Positions 20,155 through 29,977 of a stretch of DNA of 64,000 nucleotides are shown one piece after another (the stretch's first letter is position 1; each line of letters opens with the position of its first letter). The position numbers and the translations under genes are program-made. The DNA comes from an uncultured delta proteobacterium (lineage in GTDB: Bacteria; Desulfobacterota; Binatia; UBA9968): the NCBI GenBank assembly GCA_963745035.1, contig CAVUVW010000010.1:96001-160000 (forward strand), given 5' to 3'. The notes under the pieces are model-generated. The model did not search any database. It was not told where the DNA came from and worked only from the letters and a program-made list of their open reading frames with translations.

Positions 20155-21879
20155 ATGGCTATACAAACCGGGACGCTCGATCGGGCCGGCCACGCCGGCT
20201 GGTCCGCGTGGCGTTTCAAAGATCCGACGTTTCCCGTCTGGATCGGCGCGGCGGTGCTGCTGGTTTTTCTCATGCTCCTGCCGCTCGGTGCGATCTTTCG
20301 CACCAGCCTGTGGGATGACAAGGGCTTCACCTTCACTCGTTATCTCGAGGTCTTCACCAACGCGCCATTCCTCAAGGCGATCTGGAACACGCTGATTATT
20401 TCGATCTGGGTGGGGGCCATCTCGGTGGTCATCGGTGGTCTGCTCGCTTGGCTCGTCACGCGCACGGACTTGCCGTGGAAAAAACCGATTCGTGCGCTCG
20501 TCATGGCATCGTTCGTGACGCCGCCGTTTCTCGGCGCCTTTGCCTGGACGTTGCTTGCCGGCCCCAACGCAGGCGCGCTGAACAAATTTTATCGCTTTGT
20601 CACCGGCTCGGAAGAAGCGCTCTTCAATATCTTCACCATGTCGGGGCTGATCTTCGTGATGGCGCTTTATAGCTTTCCGTACGTTTTTTCGATGATCGCG
20701 AACGTCTGCGAGCTGATCTCCTCCGATCTCGAGGACGCCGCGGAAATATTGGGCGCGAACAAGTGGCGCATCGCCTGGAGCGTTACCTTGCCGCTGGCGA
20801 TGCCGGCGCTGATCGGCGGGTTTATTCTCGCGTTTCTCCAGTCGCTCTCGCTGTTCGGCGCGCCCGCGATTCTTGGGTTGCCCGCCGGCTTGCACACGAT
20901 CACCACGCAGATCTGGGCGCTTTTTCAGTATCCGCCGCGACTGGATATGGCGGCCGCGTTTTCGGTGCCGCTGCTGCTGGCGACGATGGGTTTAATCGCC
21001 TTGCAGAAGAAAATCCTCGGGCGCAAGGGCTACAGCACCGTGGGCGGTAAGGGTGCGCAAAAGCGCTTGATTCGCCTCGGCTGGGGTCGCATTCCCGTGC
21101 TCTTGTTCGTGTTTGGAATTCTCTCGCTTTCGGTCTTTCTACCGTACTGGATTCTGCTCAAAGCGGCGCTCTCTCAGGCATGGGCGCTGCCGCTCACCTG
21201 GGATAACTTCACGCTCAAAAATTTGTCCTTCGCTTTTTTCGAGTACGGGGATACCCAACTGGCGATCTACAATACGTTCAAGTTAGGAATACTCACCGCC
21301 ACGATCGGCACCGTGCTCGCAACCATGATTGCCTACATCACCAATCGCAATCTCTTTCGCGGCGCGCGCTATTTGTCCTTCTTCGCTCTCGCGCCGGTAG
21401 TCATCCCGGGAATCGTGTTGGCTGTCGGATTGTTTATTGCCTACACGCGGCCGCCGCTGGTGCTTTACGGCACGGTGTGGATTCTTTTCGTGGCCTACTT
21501 GACGAAGGAGATGCCCATCGGTTTTTCCCAGGCCGAATCGACCTTTAAGAGTATCCACCCGGAGCTCGAAGACGCGAGCCGGATTATCGGCGCCAATCGA
21601 TTGACTTCGCTGATCGACGTCACCGCGCCGCTGGCGCGCTCGGGACTGATCGCGGCGTGGTCGTTTATCTTCATAGGCGTCATCCGGGAGCTGAGCGCGT
21701 CGATTCTGCTTTTTGCGCCCAAGTCGAAGGTCGTCTCCGTCGTTATCTTCGATCTCAAAGAAGAAGGGCAGATCGGCGTGATCGCGGTTTTGGGCATTCT
21801 GCTCTTGCTCGTTTCCTTCGCGGTGATTCTCGCCGTCCATGCGCTCGCGGCGCGGGACGTAGTGGCGACTCGGGAGTAA
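20155..21879 (+). CDS. ABC transporter permease, duplicated domain (FbpB-like)
   Basis: Two EAA loops (LEDAAEILGA, LEDASRIIGA), many TMs. Confidence 0.9.
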   Translation: MAIQTGTLDRAGHAGWSAWRFKDPTFPVWIGAAVLLVFLMLLPLGAIFRTSLWDDKGFTFTRYLEVFTNAPFLKAIWNTLIISIWVGAISVVIGGLLAWLVTRTDLPWKKPIRALVMASFVTPPFLGAFAWTLLAGPNAGALNKFYRFVTGSEEALFNIFTMSGLIFVMALYSFPYVFSMIANVCELISSDLEDAAEILGANKWRIAWSVTLPLAMPALIGGFILAFLQSLSLFGAPAILGLPAGLHTITTQIWALFQYPPRLDMAAAFSVPLLLATMGLIALQKKILGRKGYSTVGGKGAQKRLIRLGWGRIPVLLFVFGILSLSVFLPYWILLKAALSQAWALPLTWDNFTLKNLSFAFFEYGDTQLAIYNTFKLGILTATIGTVLATMIAYITNRNLFRGARYLSFFALAPVVIPGIVLAVGLFIAYTRPPLVLYGTVWILFVAYLTKEMPIGFSQAESTFKSIHPELEDASRIIGANRLTSLIDVTAPLARSGLIAAWSFIFIGVIRELSASILLFAPKSKVVSVVIFDLKEEGQIGVIAVLGILLLLVSFAVILAVHALAARDVVATRE

Positions 21880-21882
21880 TTT

Positions 21883-22968
21883 ATGGCGGTGGTTTCGCTC
21901 CGCGGTCTTACGAAAAAATTTACCGATGCTGCCGCCGTCGATGCGCTCGATCTCGAAATCGGCGACGGGGAATTCGTTTCACTGCTTGGGCCTTCCGGCT
22001 GCGGCAAGACCACGACGCTACGCCTCGTAGCGGGCTTTTTGCAGCCCGACAGCGGCGAGATTCGCGTCGACGGCAATGTGATCTCGTCGTCCGCGCTGCT
22101 CGTGCCGCCCGAGCGCCGCAACATGTCGATGATCTTTCAGAGCTACGCGGTCTGGCCGCACATGACCGTGGCGCAAAACGTCGCCTACGGCCTCAAGTTC
22201 AAAAAACTTTCCAAGCAGGAAATCGATGTCAAAGTGGCCAAGCTGCTAAGTGTCGTCCACTTGGGGGAGCTGAAGGACCGCTATTCCGCCGAGCTGTCCG
22301 GCGGCCAGCAGCAGCGGGTCGCGCTGGCGCGCGCTTTGGTCGTCGAGCCGCAGATTCTCCTGATGGACGAGCCGCTGAGCAACCTGGACGCGAATCTGCG
22401 CGAAGAGATGCGCTTCGAGATTCGCCGGCTGCACGAAGAATTCAGGATCACGACGATTTACGTCACCCACGATCAGGCCGAAGCGATGGCGACCTCGGAT
22501 CGGATTGCGGTGCTCGACCGCGGCCGGTTGGTTCAAGTCGGCCGGCCCGCGGAAATATTCGATCGGCCGAAGACCCGTTTCGTCGCCGAGTTCGTCGGCA
22601 AAGCCAATATCTTGACGGGACGCATGGACGGCGCCGGCCGGCTGGTCTTGCCGGACGGCTCGAGCATTCGCCTGAACGGCGCCGGCGCGGCGGCTGCGAG
22701 CGAAGTGTCCGTCTGCCTGCGCCCGCACAACATCATGCTCGTCGCCGATGCGGCGGCGGCGCGAGATTTTGCGGACCAGGGCTACAATCTCTTTTCCGGC
22801 GCGATTCGGCGCTCGATCTATTTTGGCGACGCGGTCGATTACGCGGTCGAGCTTCCTTCGGGCGCGTTGCTGCGCGTGATTGCGGCGCCGTCTCAGCGCT
22901 TCGATTCCGGCCAGTCGATCCACGCCGCCGCCCATCCCGATCACTGCGTCGTCGTGCGCGACGACTGA
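21883..22968 (+). CDS. ABC transporter ATP-binding protein (PotA/FbpC-like)
   Basis: GPSGCGKTT, LSGGQQQR, LMDEPLSNLD, VTHDQ. Confidence 0.93.
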   Translation: MAVVSLRGLTKKFTDAAAVDALDLEIGDGEFVSLLGPSGCGKTTTLRLVAGFLQPDSGEIRVDGNVISSSALLVPPERRNMSMIFQSYAVWPHMTVAQNVAYGLKFKKLSKQEIDVKVAKLLSVVHLGELKDRYSAELSGGQQQRVALARALVVEPQILLMDEPLSNLDANLREEMRFEIRRLHEEFRITTIYVTHDQAEAMATSDRIAVLDRGRLVQVGRPAEIFDRPKTRFVAEFVGKANILTGRMDGAGRLVLPDGSSIRLNGAGAAAASEVSVCLRPHNIMLVADAAAARDFADQGYNLFSGAIRRSIYFGDAVDYAVELPSGALLRVIAAPSQRFDSGQSIHAAAHPDHCVVVRDD

Positions 22969-23134
22969 TCCCAACGGATTGTTTCGATTTCGCGGATTTA
23001 GCGAAGAGAATTTCTCCGGACGCCCGCGATTTTCTTAAAGACCAGACCCGCCCATGCGCGCTTCGCCCAGCGCGGTCCGGAATTTTTCCGGCGAGTCGAA
23101 ACGAAAAAGGCAGAGCTCTTGCTGAAACGACAGA

Positions 23135-23797
23135 TCAGTGGCCAGGACTTTCCCACACGTTCATCGCGGCGCGGCAGCAGAGCGCGTCTTGCTCGGGCCG
23201 GCTGGCGCCGGCGACGCCGATGGCGCCGACGATGGTCACGCCGTTGAGGATGGGCAAGGCGCCGCCCACGGGCATCATGCGGCCGCGGTGGGAAATCATC
23301 AGGCTGCGCAGCCAGGGTTCGCGCGCCTGGGGAGCGAGCTCCGTGGTCGCCATGTGCAGCGCCGCCGCGGTGTAGGCTTTATGGAATGCGAGCTCCGCCG
23401 AGCGCGGCTCGGCTTTGTCCATGCGCCCGACTGCGATGGGCGCGCCGGCTTCGTCCACGACCACCGCGCTCACCGCGAGTCCGACCATCTGGGCGTATTC
23501 CTGGGCCGAATGAATCATCTCCCAGGCCATGTCGAACGGGACCGGACCGACCGCCGCTTTGTTCTTGCGGAAAAAAGCGGCGTTGACTTCGATCGATCCC
23601 ACATGTTCGGCGGGAATGTCGATGTCTTTGAAGATCGCGTCCACCGGGCAAACGATCTCGCACTGCTCGCAATCGATGCAGACTTCGGGATCGATGTAGA
23701 ACTGCGGCGCGCCCGGCGTGGTGTGGATGCAGGCGACCGGACAGACTTCGACGCACGCGCCGTCGTTGGTGCACAGGCTGGTGATGATGTAGGGCAT
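23135..23797 (-). CDS. Ferredoxin (FdxA-type) fused to a GlcG/HbpS (DUF336) heme-binding domain
   Basis: MPYIITSLCTNDGACVEVCPVAC...CIDCEQCEIVCP, then SAVVVDEAG..RMD..AFHKAYTAA..GGALPI..VGAIGVAG. Confidence 0.88.
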   Translation of the reverse strand: MPYIITSLCTNDGACVEVCPVACIHTTPGAPQFYIDPEVCIDCEQCEIVCPVDAIFKDIDIPAEHVGSIEVNAAFFRKNKAAVGPVPFDMAWEMIHSAQEYAQMVGLAVSAVVVDEAGAPIAVGRMDKAEPRSAELAFHKAYTAAALHMATTELAPQAREPWLRSLMISHRGRMMPVGGALPILNGVTIVGAIGVAGASRPEQDALCCRAAMNVWESPGH

Positions 23798-23887
23798 GGG
23801 TCCTCGCGTTGCTCGGAATCTCACATCTCAGATGTTGAGACGGCCATATGTGAAATTTGAAATTTGCAATCTGTCATGGCCGAAGGG

Positions 23888-24459
23888 CTAGCCGTCGGCC
23901 GCGAGCGGCAGGTCGGTGCGGATCGCGTTGGCGACGTACACGTCAAGCGCCGAATTGCGGCGTGACCAAGCGGCCGTCGGCGTTGAGCGTGCCTAACTTC
24001 GCCCGCACGGCAAGCTTCTCATCGCCAGGCTGCGGCGCCGCCGTGGCGCGAAAGCCCAGCTCTCTGATCCACGCGCTCAAAACGAAGGTGATGAACAAGC
24101 CGTTTTGCACCGGTACTTGGCCGCCGATCCCCGGCGACGTGCGCGGATCGTACTCGGCGCGCACGGCGCAGAGCACGGCAAAAGGCAGGCCTTCGGGATT
24201 TGCGGGGTCGTCGGTATCGAGCTTGGCGATCCCCGTCATGGCAGCGCCGAAGTACTCGGCCATGCCTTTGACGTGCTGCGCGGTAATCTCCGGCGTGTGC
24301 AGCTCGGTTCGCGTCGGGAATATATTCCCTTCGGGGGCCTTGCGGATCATCTCGGTCACCGTATTGGCGAGATCCGCGGGCGGCGTGTTGATGAAAAAAT
24401 CCCAGTAAGGATCGTCCCGGCGCGGGTTTTTCCCGAGTCCAGGGAAGTCGCAAAGCCAC
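23888..24459 (-). CDS. Short reductive-dehalogenase-like paralog lacking the Fe-S domain (frameshifts near 24420 and 23945)
   Basis: HVKGMAEYFGAAMTGIA, LSAWIRELGFRA, LGTLNADGRLVTPQFGA, then in shifted frame DVYVANAIRTDLPLAADG-stop; GTG start overlaps upstream stop. Confidence 0.7.
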
Positions 24460-25776
24460 TAGGCGTCCCGTTTGACGAAGCGGTTGGTGTTCTCCTTGAG
24501 CGGCGCATAGTAACCGACGTTTCCGGTCACGGGAGCCGCCGATTTCTTTTCGTGCGACGCGTTGCAGCCGGCGACGGTGCAGGCGTGCTCGCCCGGCTTG
24601 ACGCCGGAGTCGTAGCCCAGCCAAGTGACGCGGCTGCTGCGCACCACGCCCCAGTAGCGGTCGTCGATCCATTTGAGGAAACGCACGAGAGTCGGCCGCG
24701 CGAAGTAAGGACAGGCATGAAGCAGGGAGACCGTCATCGTGTGCCACCAAACATTGGGTTTAGTGAACGGGCAAACTGCGGCGCAGGTCAGGCAACTGCC
24801 CCAGTGCTCGTGCACGTAGGGTCTCAGCTTGTAGCAGGTGAGCCAGTTGATCTTGTATTTTTCGATGCCGTTGAACACGACCTTGTCGCCGAACGGAATG
24901 CTGTTGGTCGGGCAGGTATTGGCGCATTTGCGGCAGATCTTGCAGAAGTCATCGACGCCGATGTCCACCGGCTCGTCGGCAACGAGCGGCAGGTCGGTCA
25001 GGATCGGGTCCGGCATGTGCACGCGGGCGCCGAAATTTTTGTTGATCACTAGGCCGTTTCTGCCCAGCTCGCCGATGCCGCCGGCGACCCCCGCCGCCTG
25101 CGGCGTCACCACACCGCGCAGGGCCGTATAACCCATTTCTTTGATGTAGCCTTCGAGGGCTTTCAGCACCATCACGCCTTTCATTTGCGAAACGTGATAG
25201 GCGGCGTCGCCGACGTGATGGCGGTGCGCTTGCAGCTTGTTGTAATCCCACGCGGTGGTCGCCTGAATGATGTAGGGAAAGCGGCGCACCAGCTCTTCGG
25301 GCGAATTGCTTTGGAAGTCATCTTTGGCCGTGCCGTCCTGCACATAGCGGCCGCCGCCGGCGGCGTAGAGAAACGACGGATGCGCCTTGGCGATGCCGAC
25401 CACGTCGGCGCCCATGTAAAGAGCGACGGCTTTGATGTGGCGGGCCATCGCCGCCGGATCGTCCACCGCCATTCTCCGTGTATTGATTTTGCCGTTGCTC
25501 GACCGGTTGATGACATTGGTCAGAAAGTGTTTGCGGTCCGCGAAGTGATTCGGCGCGGAGACACGGGTCAGAGGATCTTTGGACACCGTGTTGCGATACC
25601 AGTTGAACAGCGGTTTGCCGAGCTCGCCGCGCTGGTTTTTCGGATGGGGCGACTGGTTCATGTCGACGTTGACGTGCTCGCCGACGATTTTAACGGAACG
25701 TCCCAGATAAGGCGTGGGAAATTCGGCGCTGCCGTTGGCGCGCTTGTGATGGTTCCCGGCTTTGTGCTTTGGACAT
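24459..25776 (-). CDS. Reductive dehalogenase-like cobalamin/2x[4Fe-4S] protein (probable frameshift near 25760)
   Basis: IKAVALYMGADVVGIA, YIKEMGYTA, GIGELGRNGLVI..FGARV..TDLPLVADEP, FCKICRKCANTCP, CLTCAAVCPF. Confidence 0.85.
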
Positions 25777-25871
25777 GTCAGGCCCTCCGTTGTTTAAGGA
25801 TGAAGGATGAAAGCCGCGGGGTCAAATGGCGCCCGAACGGCAAATAAGATCATCCTCTAGCCTTGCGGTTT

Positions 25872-26273
25872 TTACCCTTGGTACGCCGCCAGCGCCACCT
25901 CGGCGCATTTCTGGTCCTGGTCTTCGGTGCCGCCGGACACGGCGATGGCGCCGACTACGTTACCGCCTTCGACAATCGGCAGTGCGCCACCTCCCGGCAT
26001 AATGCGGCCACTGCTCGAAACCACAAGACTCTGAAACCAGGTTTGTCCGGCGACGCCAGCCAGTTCCTTGGTGGGTTGCTGGAAGCTTGCTGCAGTGTAG
26101 GCCTTGTTGAGAGCGATTTCGACCGTGATTGGACGCGCCTTATCCATGCGTCCCAAGGCGATCATGCGGCCGCTTTGATCAACCACAGCCGCGGTCACCG
26201 CAATATCCAGTTGGGTCGCCTGGCTGTGGGCGTTGCGCACCATTTGGATCGCTTTTTCTCCGGGAATAGCCAT
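25872..26273 (-). CDS. GlcG/HbpS (DUF336) heme/cobalamin-binding family protein
   Basis: AAVVDQSG..RMD..IALNKAYTAA..GGGALPI..VGAIAVSGG..QDQKCA; RBS GAGGAGG. Confidence 0.9.
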   Translation of the reverse strand: MAIPGEKAIQMVRNAHSQATQLDIAVTAAVVDQSGRMIALGRMDKARPITVEIALNKAYTAASFQQPTKELAGVAGQTWFQSLVVSSSGRIMPGGGALPIVEGGNVVGAIAVSGGTEDQDQKCAEVALAAYQG

Positions 26274-26467
26274 TGTCGCTGCGGTCCTCCTCGGTGTCGA
26301 TGTCGATTGTCTACTTTAGCAGAGATACGCCATGGTGCGTCAAGGGGATAGGTGCTTGGATCAATGTGTACCGCCCTGTCTTGATTGATTGCCACGCGCG
26401 GAGTCACTATGGAAGAGCGCGGCAGTCTCGCCGAAACTCGTCTACTGCTCACGAACGGAGGTTACCG

Positions 26468-26962
26468 ATGTATTTGCGCACGGTGCTGATTATCCTAGTG
26501 CTCGGCTTGGTGGCGATCTTTGCAATTTTTAACTGGAGCGCCTTCTCGGCGCCGACGACGCTGACCCTGGGCTTTGCCACGGTCGAGGCGCCACTCGGGC
26601 TCATTTTGCTCGGCGTCGTCGGGGTGGTGACCGCGCTGTTTCTCGTCTACGTGGTTTTCTTGCAGTCATCCACCCTTATGGAGAGCCGGCGGCAGGCGCG
26701 CGAGCTGCAGGCGCAGCGTGAGATCGCGGACCGCGCCGAGGCGTCGCGCTTCGAGCAGCTACGATCCGCCATGGAAGACGCACTCAAACAGCTGCAGAAC
26801 CAATCTGCAGAATCCAAAACCATCATACTCACCAGGCTCGACCAACTTGAGAACGACTTGCGCGCAGCGGTGGAGCAGTCGGGCAACACGCTGGCGGCCT
26901 ATATCGGCGAAATTGAAGATCGTCTGGAACGAGCCGGCGGTGGAAAGATCTCGCCTCCATGA
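26468..26962 (+). CDS. LapA/DUF1049-like membrane protein with coiled-coil tail
   Basis: AIFAIFNW..LTLGF..APLGLILL two-TM pattern; RBS GGAGG. Confidence 0.7.
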   Translation: MYLRTVLIILVLGLVAIFAIFNWSAFSAPTTLTLGFATVEAPLGLILLGVVGVVTALFLVYVVFLQSSTLMESRRQARELQAQREIADRAEASRFEQLRSAMEDALKQLQNQSAESKTIILTRLDQLENDLRAAVEQSGNTLAAYIGEIEDRLERAGGGKISPP

Positions 26963-27012
26963 CGCTAGGATAGCTAGTCGGATTTGTGCCGATCAACGGC
27001 CTACCCTTGCAT

Positions 27013-28314
27013 CTACTTCTTGGCGCTGACGCGCCACACTTTGTCTCCGGCGTCATCGGCAACCAGCAGCGAGCCATCGGGCGCGACGGTAACGCCCACC
27101 GGCCGACCATATGCTTCGAACTTCGACTCATCGGAGACAAATCCGGTTAAAATATCTTCGATCGGTCCAGCCGGCCTACCATTGGCAAATGGAATAAACG
27201 CGACTTTGTAGCCGACCATCTTCGAGCGATTCCACGAACCGTGCATGCCGATAAAAGCGCCGCCGTGATACCTTTGTGGCAAGCTCTTGCCGTTGTAGAA
27301 CGCCAACCCTAGAGCGGCGGTGTGGGATCCAAGAGCGTAGTCAGGTTTGATCGCTTTGGCGACCAGATCCGGCCGCTGGCCTTTCTTGCGCGGATCTTCG
27401 ATTTGCCCGAAGTAGGAATAGGGCCAACCATAAAAAGCGCCTTCCTTAACGCTTGTGAGGTAGTCCGGAACCAAATCGTCGCCGAGCAGATCGCGCTCGT
27501 TCACCACCGTCCAGAGGCTCTTGGTTGTTGGCTCCCAATCCATGCCGACCGGGTTGCGCAGTCCGCCGGCGAGCACGCGCATCGCGCTGCCGTCGGGATT
27601 GATTTCCAGAATCGCTGCACGCCGCGGGTCTTTCGCGTCGGCGCCGTCTTCGTCGACATTCGAACTCGAGCCAACCGCGATATAAAGTTTTTTCCCCGCC
27701 GGATCGGCGATGAGATTACGGGTGTAATGCCCGCCCGCGGGTAGATCGAGAACTTTTTGCGGTTGTGCGTCGATTTTCGTTTGTCCGGCTTTGTAGGGAA
27801 AGCGCACTACGCCGTCGGTGTTGCCGACGTAAAACCAGTCGCCCAACAATGCCATACCGTGCGGCATATTCAGTCCCGTCAAGAAAGTCTCGCGCAAATC
27901 CGGCTTGCCGTCCTGATTGGTGTCGCGAAAAAGTGTGATGCGATTGGCCGATTTTTCCGGCCGGTCGGCGCGGCCCGGCCATTCACGGGTGGCTTCCACG
28001 ACCAGGATATCACCGTTCGGCAAAACGTAAGCTTGACGTGGATTGTCGAGTTTGTCCGCGAACAGAGCGACTTCGAGGCCGGCAGCCGCTGTCGGCATCT
28101 TTCCCTGCGGCCACCCGATAACCTTCGAATTATTGCGGGTGGACGGGGTGGCGAAAGGCGGGGGCAGTTGCAGCTGGTCGGCAGGGCCGGTACCCGGAGC
28201 ATAAGAAACTCGAACCGCCTTTTGCTGATCCGCCGCGCAAGAAACAATCAGCATCACAATGACGCTCGCCATTGCGGTGGCCATTGCACTGGATAGATAT
28301 CGATCGAACATCAT
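27013..28314 (-). CDS. Sorbosone/PQQ-dependent sugar dehydrogenase family lipoprotein
   Basis: IVSC lipobox-like, GLRNPVG, VNERDLLGDDLVPDY, FYGWPY, HGSWNR, GRPVGV. Confidence 0.9.
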   Translation of the reverse strand: MMFDRYLSSAMATAMASVIVMLIVSCAADQQKAVRVSYAPGTGPADQLQLPPPFATPSTRNNSKVIGWPQGKMPTAAAGLEVALFADKLDNPRQAYVLPNGDILVVEATREWPGRADRPEKSANRITLFRDTNQDGKPDLRETFLTGLNMPHGMALLGDWFYVGNTDGVVRFPYKAGQTKIDAQPQKVLDLPAGGHYTRNLIADPAGKKLYIAVGSSSNVDEDGADAKDPRRAAILEINPDGSAMRVLAGGLRNPVGMDWEPTTKSLWTVVNERDLLGDDLVPDYLTSVKEGAFYGWPYSYFGQIEDPRKKGQRPDLVAKAIKPDYALGSHTAALGLAFYNGKSLPQRYHGGAFIGMHGSWNRSKMVGYKVAFIPFANGRPAGPIEDILTGFVSDESKFEAYGRPVGVTVAPDGSLLVADDAGDKVWRVSAKK

Positions 28315-28468
28315 ATCATCCTCCTTTTTCTTTCAACTGCCCGATTGCTCGATACGCGTGGAGCGCCGCGATATACAACAATCATGATGGCTCAGCGAAG
28401 GCGGTCGATTCAAGGGTTGTGCGCCGGAGGGCTCCATTCTAATATCGGCAAACTTTGAGGGCATAACC

Positions 28469-29894
28469 ATGCATTACCGGGATTTGCGCGAATGGGTGAA
28501 AGGCGTCGATTCATTCGGCGAGCTGCGTGTCGTCGAAGGCGCCGACTGGAATCAGGAGATCGGCGCGGTGGCCGAGGTCGCGGCGCAGTCCCAGCCGCCG
28601 CCCGCGGTGCTGTTCGATAAGATCAAAGACTATCCTGCGGGCCGGCGCGTGCTCACCGGCATTCACAACCCGACCCTGAAGCGCCAGTGCCTGACCAATC
28701 ACCTGCCGCTCGATTACAGCGCGCGATCAATTCATCGATGCCTGGAAGAAGCGCCTGGACCGTCCGAAGCTGATCCCGCCGCGCGAAGTCGCCTCGGGAC
28801 CGGTGATGGAAAACGTATTCGAAGGCAAGGACATCGATCTTTTGTCCTTGCCGGCGCCACATTGGCATGAAGGCGACGGCGGGCGTTATTTGGGCTCCCT
28901 CGATATCACGATCAGCCGCGATCTCGACGAAGGCTGGATCAATCTCGGCTGCTACCGAGTCATGGTGCATGACCGCGACACTTTGGCGCTTTACATTTCG
29001 CCGGGCCATCACGGCAACATCCACCGGCAAAAATATTTCGACAAGGGGCAGCCGTTTCCAGTGGCGATCAGCTTCGGACCCGGATCCGCTGCTTTGGTTC
29101 TTCGGCCAAATGGACGTGCCGGCGGGCGAGTCGGAGTACGATTATGCCGGCGGCGTGCGTGGCGAAGCCATTCGAGATTATCGCCGGCAAGCACACCGGG
29201 CTGCCGATTCCGGCTTATTCCGGAGATCGCCATCGAAGGCGAAGTGATTCCTGGAACGAAAATTCCCGAGGGACCGTTCGGCGAATTCACCGGCTACTAC
29301 GCCGGCGGGCTGCGCGCCGAGCCGATGCTCAAAGTGAAGCGGCTGATGTACCGCAACGACCCGATCATCACCGGCGCGCCGCCGTTCAAGCCCGCGCCGG
29401 GCGCGGAGAACAATCTGATCCGCGCCGCCTACATCTGGAACTATCTCGACAAGGCTGGGGTGCCGGACGTGCGCGGCGTCGCCTATTATCAGACGCGGCT
29501 GCTGGTCGCGGTGTCGATCAAGCAGCGCTATCCCGGCCATGCGCGCCAGGCGGCGCTGATCGCTTCGCAATGCCGCGCCGCGGCGCTGCTCACGCGCTAC
29601 GTCATCGTGGTCGACGAAGACATCGACATCTGGGACAGCAACGAGCTTTTGTGGGCGCTCTGCACGCGTACGGATCCGGCGAAAGACATCGACATCCTGC
29701 GGCGCTGCTGGAGCAACCCCATCGACCCGATCATTCCGCCGAGTGAGCGCGGCTTTCAGTCGCGCGGCATCATCGACGCCTGCCGGCCCTACGAATGGAT
29801 GAATGATTTTCCGAAAGTCTCCGGCGCAAGCGCGGAGTTGAAGGCAAAGGTGGCGGAGAAGTTCGGCGCGAGTCTAGCGGGGAAGAAGAACTAG
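28469..29894 (+). CDS. UbiD-family prFMN-dependent (de)carboxylase (several frameshifts)
   Basis: YRDLREW, NLGCYR, EGPFGEFTGYY, VVDEDID, WALCTRTDP, IIDACRP. Confidence 0.88.
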
Positions 29895-29977
29895 GAATTC
29901 ACCGGAGAGAACGCAGAGAAAAGATCATCACGAAAGATGAAGGGCGGAATTTTACCTTGATGAATGCGACGCACACG

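Noticed and set aside
23943-23945. In-frame TGA as selenocysteine or readthrough
   Set aside because: Similarity to the paralog continues in a shifted frame (DVYVANAIRTDLPL), not in the readthrough frame
24459-25776. Calling the enzyme a respiratory RdhA or QueG
   Set aside because: No Tat signal or rdhB, and no QueG-type DYH motif seen; left as RdhA-like pending phylogeny
26274-26467. Cobalamin riboswitch upstream of the rdh-like operon
   Set aside because: No recognisable B12-box or GGGAA core by eye; an Rfam scan would settle it
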